From Eledone cirrhosa (lineage: Eukaryota): DNA of 64,000 bases. Location: NCBI GenBank assembly GCA_964016885.1, contig OZ024742.1, forward strand, positions 55,924,001 through 55,988,000. Direction: 5' to 3'. The translations under genes were made by a program, and so were the position numbers. Shown here in pieces: positions 1-10,752 of this stretch; the first letter of the stretch is position 1, and each line of letters opens with the position of its first letter. The notes beneath the pieces are model-generated. The model did not search any database and was not told the DNA's origin. It was given only the letters and a program-made list of their open reading frames with translations.

Positions 1-1693
1 ATGCGCATGTGAAATTGTTTTTTACTATAAAACGTTATCCTTATTTGAAATAGAATTCCGAACCCTCTATTAGGTTGATGCATATACCACAGTTGGGTCT
101 ATCGCATTCTTTTACTGTGGGTTTCGTTGTAGTGGTTGGCAGTACTTTGGCAAGTGTTAGGATGTTTTGCATTGACTTAGATTGTCTTTTGCTCTTTATG
201 ACATCGTGTGTTCGAAGGATTTGGTTCATTCTATGGTCCTTTTTTAATACATGGATGTTCTGGAGGATGTTGTCAAAGGCCTCTTTGTTGAGGGGGTTGT
301 GTGTGGAGAGTATAGAATACCTTTTAGTTTCGGTTTATTAACTTTAGGGAGTTTAAGCTCCTGGGTACTGAGTTTTAGGGCTCGCTGGATTCCATTGTCA
401 ATTAGTGATGCAGGGAAGTCCCTACTTATGAGTGTGTCCTTTAGTTCTTGTAGACGTAAGTAACAGGTGTTTTTATTGGAGACTATAGTACAGATTCTCT
501 TGGCTAAGTTGTAGGGAATATTAATTTTAACGTGTCTAGGGTGGCATGAATTGAAAGGAAGATGTTGCTTGGAGTCTGTGGGCTTGTAGTATATGTCTGT
601 TTCTATTTTTTGGTTATGAATCTCAATGAGGATGTCGAGGAAGGGGAGTTGTTGGTGGCTGTATTCCATAGTAAAATTAATATTCGTGTTGAGCCCATTT
701 ATAAGGGTGTGAAATTCTTTAAGTTTCTCGATGTTTTCATGCCAAAGGATGAAGCAACCATCTAGATATCACTTCCAGTTATTTTCTATGTGTAAGTGGA
801 GAGTGTTTTCAAATTTGTTTAGTACTTTAGTGTAGAGGGTGATTTCCAGGTATCCCATGACTAGGTTGGCATAAGTGGGGGACGTTTTCGTTCCCATAGT
901 GGTCCAAGATTTCTGCCTGTAGAATTTGTTATTGAAAACGAAGTAATTATTCTCCAAGATAAATTTGAGTCTTATCACGAATTGTTTTTGATGCGTTGTG
1001 GTAGTTCATTGGGGTAATTATCCAGCCAGAATTGGATAGCTTCTATTCCTAGGTTGTGGGGGATGTTGGAGTGTAGGTTGACTACATCGAACGTCACAAG
1101 CAGGGATTTTTCAGTAAGGGGTATATTAGGGTAGTGGTTGAGCATATCTAGGTCGTCCCTTGTGTAGCTTTTAATGTGTTTGAGAAAAGGCTTGAGAAGG
1201 GCATCAATGAAGTTGCTAAGGCGGTGGGTTTCGCAAGCGGGGCCTGCTATTATAGGTCTTAATTTGAGATCATTGGGTGAGGGGACATTGATGACTATGT
1301 ATGTGGCTTCCTTCCATGCCTTACTTATTAATTCGCTTTTATGTACTTTAAGGATACCGTAGAAAAAGCTGGATTTACTTGTGAAGTCTGTGAAGCTGAA
1401 TTCCTTGTTAGTGAGTTCTTCTTTGTATGGGTTGTTCAGAGTTTTAGGTTTCTTATAATTTTCTGTTGATTGTAGTGTTCAGCCTTTTCGTAGTATGTTT
1501 CGTTTTCCAGAGTATAGAGCGCTAAGTTGATATAGAATTCTGTCTCCATTAGGACTAGTGCACTCTCTTTATCAGCCTCTTTAATTGTAATAGTTCTGTC
1601 GGTTTTTATTCTATTTAATTCTTCCCATTCTTTCTTGTTGGGCTTTGGCGTGTGTTTTTGTCTGTGCAAGTGTTGGTAAGGGAAGTTTGTCAT
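1..1693 (-). pseudogene. Degenerate Penelope-like element (Neptune-like) RT to GIY-YIG ORF, frameshifted, running off the window edge
   Basis: Fragments TIKEADKESALV, LLVTFDVVNLHSNIP, TTMGTKTSPTYANLVMG, LPFLD..YYKPTDSKQHL..HPRHVK and CDRPNCGIC lie in collinear order with stops and frameshifts. Confidence 0.9.
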
Positions 1694-1699
1694 GTTCTT

Positions 1700-2485
1700 T
1701 TGAGAGAATCGTTTTTGAAATTGACTGAAAATATCGAATAATGTACGCTATTTTTACCAGTACCACAAACATATTGGTCCATTCACACACACATGTGCTC
1801 ATGCACAGGCGTACACTAACATTCAGACAGACATATACACACACACACTTCACCGTATAAGACAAGAGCTAAAAAATATGTTTCAACATCTTAAAATAAA
1901 CCCCGCCAACACACACAGGTACACACACATTCCTACTGACCGATTCATTATCACAACAATGAACCACTTTGCTACACACACACACACACATATTTGTCTT
2001 AATATCACCTGAACTGTTGACCTCTCAACATGACTGCAACTCAAATAAGCGGAAAAGGACACTCTTCGACAAACCTACATTTGGTGCGAAACCAGTTCGC
2101 GCTAAAATCAATTTAAACATTCACGTGACTTCTACCGACCAATCAAAATTGTTTTGACTACAAGAATTTTTGCAACACGAATCAGCGCGAAATTTATAGT
2201 GCTTATTCACGTGACATTAAATAACCAACTAAATCTCAATACCTCCCAAGCCACTTTTTTCACATAAAACAGGAAGAAGTTTCAAATCTGATCAGATTAG
2301 AGCAAAATTCCCGAACACTATATCTTAAAATTATTTTTGAAAAGCATTAGAAATGCGCGACCGTTAAATACTTAAAACTAAAACTGAATACTAACTAATA
2401 CTTATTACTAATTTATACTTATTCCTAATTAAACTATTTTTCACTGGGAAAAATATGTCACCATTTTTTTTCCTTTTTACTAATA
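1700..2485 (+). repeat. Inverted pseudo-LTR/3'UTR segment at the 5' end of the first PLE, with a decayed HHR-like motif at ~2331-2370
   Basis: Diverged reverse complement of 36190-36975, the 3'UTR of the same-family endonuclease fragment at 37311-37745; ends at (TA)n. Confidence 0.7.
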
Positions 2486-2548
2486 TATATATATATATAT
2501 AGTATAAAGAAAACGAAAAATCATGATGTATCTGGACTCAATTTATTG

Positions 2549-2639
2549 CGTGTTACAATTGTTTCGCCAGCAGGTAGCTCGAGACATGCTCCCTGTATGG
2601 ATCTGGCTGATTCTACGGGTGCAGGTTCCTTCAGACACG
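2549..2639 (-). ncRNA. Hammerhead-like motif with an interrupted core
   Basis: CGTGT-CTGAAG-[~20 nt]-A-GCCAG...CTGGC-GAAA-CAATTG-TA-ACACG: perfect 5-bp stem I, palindromic stem III, GUA site. Confidence 0.5.
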
Positions 2640-2789
2640 GGTAATTCGTTCGGAGCAAATTTTATCACTTGGGTGTTATCATCAAATAACAACCCCACAA
2701 AAACCTCTTCCACTCATGTCATGCCATTGGCTGTTGATACTCCACGTCATCTTAAGTTCTTGTCAGTATTTACTGCTACACGAGTCACC

Positions 2790-4250
2790 AAGCTTCATAA
2801 GGGACGACCTTGACATGCTCAAACACCTCCCAACAACACTCAATAATGAACGTACCCTACTAGTAACCTTTGATGTCATCAATTTATATTCCAATATCCC
2901 ACACAACCTCGGTATAGAGGCAATACAATTCTGGCTTGAAAATTTCCCTAGTGAACTCCCACAGCGAATCCCTAAAGAATTTGTGTTGGAGGGACTCAAA
3001 TTCATCTTTGAAAACAATTTCTTCGAATTCAATGCCAAATACGACAGACAGAAATCTGGGACTGCCATGGGCACGAAAGTAGTCCCCCCATACGCCAACC
3101 TTGTCATGGGATATTTGGAAAAAAACTCTGTACCGCAAAGTTCTAGACAAATACGGCAAGCACTTCTACCAACACATAGAAAAGAACTAGAAGAGATATC
3201 TGGACGACTTCTTCATCCTGGCATTAAAGTATAGATAGACTGGTTGAGTTTAAAACACTTCTGAATGGACTCAACACAAACTTACTATTCACAATGGATT
3301 ACAACCATGAACAACTCCCTTTCCTCCACATCCTCATCAAGAAAACAGACAACAAAATAGAAACAGACATATACTACAAACCCACAGACTCCAAACAATA
3401 CCTTCCATTCAACTTGTGCCACTCTAGACACACCAAACTGGCAATTCCTTATAACCTAGCCAGAAGGATCTGCACAATAGTTTCAGATAAATACACATGC
3501 TACACACGACTAGAAGAATTAAAGAACACACTTATCAGCAGAAACTACCCACCATCCCTAATCAACAATGGATTCCAACGTGCCCTAAAACTCGACATCC
3601 AGGAACTCAGACACCCCAAACCCAGTAATGAACCGCAACAAAAAACTCTACCATACATCTCCACACACAACCCCTTCAACAATGAGGCATTCGACACCAT
3701 CCTCCAGTATATTCCTTTACTAAAAAGAGACCCAAGAATGAACAAAATCCTCCAAACACACAACATCATAAAGAGCAAAAGACAACCTAAATCCATAAAA
3801 AAGCATCCTTACACAAGCCAAAATCCAACAAACCCTCACAATGAACCCTACAGTAACTTAATGCGGAAGGCCCAACTGTGGCATATGCATAAATCTAATA
3901 GAAGGTTCAATATTCCATTTTCAACAAAGACAAGATTTCACAGTTAAACACAACTTTACATGTGCATCTGAAAACAATCTATGTTTTGACCTGCTCAGGT
4001 TGTCAAGAACACTATGTAGGACAGACAAAAAACAGCCGTCCATATGACCGTCCATATATCACAAACCAAAATACAGGAATACAGAAAGATTGCATTTAGT
4101 GAACATATCGCCAATTGTGCACCCAACCAACATCCAAACTTTAAAATTTTTCCCCATTTACAAATTAATAGACAACGCTACTTTCATCCATCGTACAAAT
4201 AAGGAAACATATTTCATTAACAAATTCCAACCTCTACTTAATGCACTAAA
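2790..4250 (+). pseudogene. Degenerate 5'-truncated Penelope-like RT-GIY-YIG ORF
   Basis: LLVTFDVINLYSNIP, GTAMGTKVVPPYANLVMG, RYLDD (frameshifted), YYKPTDSKQYL, then C..C..HYVGQT; paralogous to 1-1693. Confidence 0.9.
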
Positions 4251-4556
4251 CTTCGGACTAAACTAAAACTGGAACGAACAATCAAACATTTACAAGAGTT
4301 ATCTACCTCACAACCTACTTAATCCTTTTTCTTAAATAAATTAAATATCATCCAGCATGAATTACCTCCCGCTGCATATTAACTCTCTAAAAAGGGAAAT
4401 CATATCAAAACCCAGTTCCCCATTTGCCTCCATCAAGGATCAACTAAGCACCCTTGCTATATTAACACATTTTGATGTGCTTAATTTCAAGAACTATGCC
4501 TGTAAATAACATTAGTTTTTCTTTCACATTGACTTTTAATGCTCCACATTACGTCA

Positions 4557-4780
4557 CTTTTTTTCTTTTTTTTTCTTTTTTCTTTTTTCTTTTTTCTTTT
4601 TTCTTTTTTCTTTTTTCTTTTTTTCTTTTTTCTTTTTTCTTTTTTTCTTTTTTCTTTTTTCTTTTTTCTTTTTTCTTTTTTCTTTTTTCTTTTTTCTTTT
4701 TTCTTTTTTCTTTTTTTTCTTTTTTTCTTTTTTCTTTTTTCTTTTTTCTTTTTTCTTTTTTCTTTTTTCTTTTTTCTTTT
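4557..4780 (+). repeat. (CTTTTT/CTTTTTT)n polypyrimidine tract
   Basis: Direct reading. Confidence 0.95.
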
Positions 4781-4871
4781 CACTTCATAAACCTTGTTTG
4801 TAAATAACATTATTCTTTCTGCACCATTTTGTAACATGTCCAACACCACCATTCAACACCAATACATATCA

Positions 4872-4901
4872 CTATCTTAAGAATGATGAAACCGGTAATA
4901 G
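4872..4901 (+). ncRNA. Decayed minimal type I hammerhead at the PLE 3' end
   Basis: CTAT-CTTAAGA-ATGAT-GAAA-CCGG-TA-ATAG; core G5 mutated to T. Confidence 0.5.
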
Positions 4902-5091
4902 ACAATTATTAAATATATAAATAATTAAATAGATCCCATTGTTAATTAATAAATAGATCAACTAATACCTTAACACTTCACACAAAGTAAAATATTTCGT
5001 TTTAATCATTTTGTAACCCAGAAAAAAGAGAGAAATAAATAAAAAGGTAAAAAAATATTTTTTTCTTCCTAATAATCGTCTTTTTCTCCCT

Positions 5092-5149
<58 letters not shown>

Positions 5150-5380
5150 GCATGTATATATATACATGCACATACATATATTAATATGTACAAACATATT
5201 GGGAAATAGTTCAGAAGCAGAAATAAATAAATAAGATCAAAAAATTTCAAAAATATATAAGAAAATAAAAATAAAAATAATAATAAAGCCATAGAGGGAC
5301 GTGTTGACAACGAAGGAGGGTGGGGGAATAATAAAATATAAATACAAACAACGTAAATATAAACAAATACTCACACATAT

Positions 5381-5445
<65 letters not shown>

Positions 5446-5446
5446 T

Positions 5447-5494
<48 letters not shown>

Positions 5495-5497
<3 letters not shown>

Positions 5498-5984
5498 AGT
5501 ATGTATACGTACATACATATCTGTATACTGACCTACAGTAGTATGTATATATACATACATGCACACATTGATATATGTACGTATGGGTTTCCCGAACATT
5601 TATTATATTGTACCGTTTGGTTGTAAACAAACAGCCCGAATTACGCCGTACAGTGTTCGGCAATCATCGTCGCTCTTTTGTTCAACACTGACACAGGAAC
5701 GATGAACTAGTTTCAAGCTTATTAGCTATCGTCAGTATCGTATACCTTTTTGTCAGATGGTTGAATGTTTGAAATTATATAATTTCCTTATGCATATTAA
5801 CGGCTGAGCAGCCTAATTTGCATATCGAGGGAGTTAGTCGGCCGGGCGCACCGAAAACGATAAATAAATGGAAAAGAATGAAACGAAATTTCATTTCTCA
5901 CTCTTAGTACGGCTGATACCTAAGTATAAGTATTGTATCAGGCGTACTAAGAGTGAGAAATGAAATTTCGTTTCATTCTTTTCC
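5495..5984 (-). mobile_element. Retrozyme-like family A unit (ORF-less, HHR-bearing) with a terminal inversion at 5869-5984
   Basis: Homologous to 56195-58387 and 63454-64000; flanked by (TA)n. Confidence 0.8.
5699..5741 (-). ncRNA. Type I hammerhead ribozyme (family A)
   Basis: ACGATA-CTGACGA-TAGCT AATA AGCTT-GAAA-CTAG-TT-CATCGT. Confidence 0.8.
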
Positions 5985-6100
5985 ATATATATATGTATGT
6001 TTCTTCCTATCTTCGGTTAGCTTTCCGCTGTGTTGTTTACTTGTCTCACTCGCTTTACGCGTTTTAATTGTCCTAATAACTTATTTTAGTTATTATTGCA

Positions 6101-6165
6101 CCAACGTGAGGTATATGATTTTTAATGCAATGAAATACCAATGACCGTTGGCAAATCACTGATGA
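6101..6165 (+). ncRNA. Candidate non-circularly permuted hammerhead with kink-turn (family B, copy 1)
   Basis: CCAACG-TGA-GGTA-TA-TGATTT-linker-GAAA-TACC-AATGAC-CGTTGG-C-AAATCA-CTGATGA. Confidence 0.6.
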
Positions 6166-6633
6166 GGGACTCATTTTATAACATGTTATCCATGTGCAAC
6201 CATGCAGTATTCTTCTCCCCATATTTTTCACATATATTTACCTAAACAGCGATTCTGTTTTTCTCTCTCTCTCTCTTACTGCTCCCTCGTTCTCTCTGTT
6301 TCTCTTACTTTCTTTCGTCCCCTCTGTCATGTCAGTTAACACTTTCTCTCTACTGACCTCTTCCTCGCACTTCCACTCACTCACTCACTGTTTCTCCCCT
6401 TCTCACTTCCCCCCATTCGCGACGAAAACGATTTTCCTTCTTTCTTACATCGGATTCATCTCGAAAGGTCTATTTCTTACTCGCTCATATATTCACCCAG
6501 CTTATACTGATAGAATAACTATGTAGCTTGTGTTTCTTCCTATCTTCGGTTAGCTTTCCCCTGTGTTGTTTACTTGTCTCACTCGCTTTACGCGTTTTAA
6601 TTGTCCTAATAACTTATTTTAGTTATTATTGCA

Positions 6634-6698
6634 CCAACGTGAGGTATATGATTTTTAATGCAATGAAATACCAATGACCGTTGGCAAATCACTGATGA
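6634..6698 (+). ncRNA. Candidate permuted hammerhead with kink-turn (family B, copy 2)
   Basis: Identical to 6101-6165. Confidence 0.6.
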
Positions 6699-6874
6699 GG
6701 GACTCATTTTATAACATGTTATCCATGTGCAACCATGCAGTATTCTTCTCCCCATATTTTTCATATATATATATGGAAAAGAATATATACGTATCTATAT
6801 ACATATATACATTTACATATATATATATACATATATATATACATATACATTTATATATATACATATATATATAC

Positions 6875-6997
<123 letters not shown>

Positions 6998-7043
6998 TTA
7001 AACAAATAATGAATAAACAATTCCTTATATTAAACAAAAAAAG

Positions 7044-7198
7044 TTCATTATTTAACGATCGTTTCTAGGGTATATATGTGTTATAATTGGTATGCATATT
7101 CAACAGATCTATGTACAAAATTATACAAAATTATACAAATTATCAAGATTAAATATACATACCTAACACATATATACGCCGTCTTCAGAAATAATGAA
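7044..7198 (-). ncRNA. Type I hammerhead with very long stem II (3' pLTR)
   Basis: Reverse complement of 21011-21165. Confidence 0.8.
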
Positions 7199-8014
7199 GT
7201 ATATTTATTGATAATAACAACAATTCAAAATTTCAGTTCAAAATTGACCAATGAAAACACAAAGGGTTAAAAGCAGTTCGGTGTGTGTATATACATGTAA
7301 AATCCTTACACATATTTTACAAAAATGTATGTATAACTTGTATACGCATACTAAAAAGATGGATGCAAACACAAAATTTCAAGGTTAATATCTCTGTAAG
7401 CTTAAAATGCGCTGATAAGATGCGCATTGATACTTATGGAGTCAAGCATATAAATATATTTTTTCATACTCACACATATCAGTACAATCACACATACACG
7501 CGCGTATATGCATAAATATACACATAACCACGAACATACAAACACACACACACCCCCACTCACATTTATATATGTGGATATAAAATCATAAGCACATAGA
7601 TATTAAATCACTCACATAAAACACTGGCACACACATTTCAAGATCAAGATACAGAAATTAGGTGGGAGGGGGGGGAGGGGTCAGTATTCAATTGTCTGAG
7701 CAGACTGCCTAATATAAATGTATCTATAAATTAAGAAAAATAAAAAAATAAAACAATAAAATATAATAAATATAATATAACATACATACACATACAGATA
7801 TATACACATACATACATGTACGCGCACATAGAAATATTTACGCATACACACATACACACATACATATACAGTCATACACACACATACACTTACACGAACA
7901 TACACATACACATATATAAAGATATATATATACACACACACACACACGCAACACATACACACATACACATATATATAAAAAATAAATAATAAAGATATAT
8001 ATCCATATATATAT

Positions 8015-8061
<47 letters not shown>

Positions 8062-8510
8062 CATACTCATACATCTAAATATACATACACATACATACAC
8101 ACATAGATGTACATACATGTACATACATATACGCACATCGATATACATATATATATATATATATATATACATATATATACACACACATAGACATATAGAT
8201 ACATACACACACAACTTACATACACACATATATATATATAGATGTATATTCATACATAGAATTAGATATATAATCATACATACATATGCACCTACTTATA
8301 CTCATATATATAAATACATACGCTTCCATATATGCGTATATACAAAAAAAAAAAAAAAAAAAAAAAAAAAACACTACAACCTCACCTAACTCAGACATAC
8401 AAATAAAACTAATAATAAAAAGGCATATTTATATACATACACACACGCATTAATAGATATATATATATATATACACACATACATACACATATATATATAT
8501 ACATATATAT

Positions 8511-8551
<41 letters not shown>

Positions 8552-8676
8552 TACACTCATACATATATATATATATATATATATAAACATATATATCCAC
8601 ACACTCATACCACCATAAATACACATACAAACACCCACATATATATATATATATATATATATACACACGTATATAC

Positions 8677-8707
<31 letters not shown>

Positions 8708-9016
8708 TAAAAAACAGACATGCACATATATATATATATATTTTTTTTTACACTTATATATACACATATTATATACACATACACAACCTCACTTATACAC
8801 ATATACACATAAGTTATATTATAATAATAAAGAATAATATACATATATATATATACATATACATATATATATATATATATATATACATACATACATACAC
8901 ATACATACATACACATAAACATATACATACATAAATACACACATACGAATAAAGACATATATTCACACATAGACACCTATATATATATATATATATATCT
9001 ATATATATATATACAC

Positions 9017-9061
<45 letters not shown>

Positions 9062-10176
9062 GACACATATACACACTCACATATATACATGTGTATGTGT
9101 GTGTGCGCACATACACATATATACACACACACATACAAACACACACAAACACATACATATGCATATGTGCACACACACACACATATATCACATAGATACG
9201 AAGATAAACATATAAATAGAGAGACATACATATATATACAACACACATACACATACATACATACACACGCATATACATATACATATATATATATACATAT
9301 ATATATTCCTATATACAAGCATACACATACATACACATATATACACATACATACACATATACATACAACACATTCACATACACATACATATATAATGCAT
9401 ATATATACATATATATACATACATATGTACACTCATATATACACACGCAATCTTACATTCATATTTGCATGCGCATATATGTATTTTTATATTTAGATAT
9501 AAATACCCAAATCTATATAGACACCCACCTACATATATATTCATACATAGACGCTTACAAATACAGATGATAATAGTATGGGGGAAAGGGGGGGTTTGGA
9601 GAAGGGGATCAAAGTAAATATATGTTTCAAGAAACATATAATATTTTCCGTATCTTTATTCAATGTATGTTCTTACATATTTTCAGTGCTAGGAAATACG
9701 ACAAACAAGAACCAAGGCAAAATCTATGCATCTCAAATATAAATAAGTATACCATTAATCATATGTTAACTAAACCAAAGATAGTCAACATATTGATTTC
9801 TAAGGTGTAAATTAGTTAGGTTTATAATATTTGAAGCAGAATTTTGAAGTCAAACAGTAGTAGATTATTAAATTAAAGTTAATAACGTTATGGTATCAAT
9901 ATTAGGAAATGAATTTAGTAATAGGGAAAAGAAACCCAAATAAAAATAAAATAAAGTATTACATCGGTAGTAGTATATAAATTATATGTTAACTAAATTA
10001 AAAATTATATATTTATTTCAATAGTATATGTTAATTAGTATATGTTAATTAGGTATACAATACATAAAGCAGATATTGTATTTCATCAATAGCATAATAT
10101 AATTATATGCAAATAGAAATCAAAATTAATACGCATACACATACATATACATACACATACACATACACATACATAT

Positions 10177-10219
<43 letters not shown>

Positions 10220-10752
10220 TACACATATATACATACATACAGATACACATACACACACACACATACACATACACATATACATATACATATCTTTTTCAAA
10301 AAATTGCACAGAATATATTAACTAGGTATATATCCAAAACACATCCCATTCTATGATTACATGACATTCTGCAATTCGTCTGTATAAGGATACTAATTTT
10401 AAGCAAATTAAAATTAAAATTTTTAGGTTGATTAAAACTAAAACCAAATAATAAATATATTTCCAAAATGTATATTAATTAGGTCTATAATACTAAAAAT
10501 TATTTCTCTGTCATTGGATACACGATATTATTTTGTTATATTTTATCTGTAAAAGAGTTATAATAAAAGGTTTAAATAAATTAAAATTAATCTATAAATT
10601 AAATTACTAAGTATATATTAGTAATATTTAAAGGTTTTTCACAATTTATGATTACATAATATTTTATATTCTCATCTGTAATAAAATATTAATTAAATTA
10701 AATTTATAGGTTAACTAACATTTAAATTAAATTAATTTCTAGAGTAATATTA

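Larger units (their letters stand above)
5997..6765 (+). mobile_element. Non-coding tandem element family B (533-nt period, ~1.4 units)
   Basis: 5999-6232 is repeated at 6532-6765; homologous to 46543-47408 (minus); flanked by (TA)n. Confidence 0.85.

Noticed and set aside
4472-4852. Poly-K/R/E and poly-F ORFs
   Set aside because: They are translations of the (CTTTTTT)n tract.
6107-6145. SECIS or C/D snoRNA reading of the tandem G.A motif
   Set aside because: The NGA strand precedes the AUGA strand, the opposite of SECIS, and there is no upstream selenoprotein ORF or terminal C/D box pair. A K-turn within the hammerhead-like fold fits better.
7681-9637. Many 60-200-aa ORFs rich in IY/CV/HT, here and throughout the window
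   Set aside because: They are translations of dinucleotide microsatellites.
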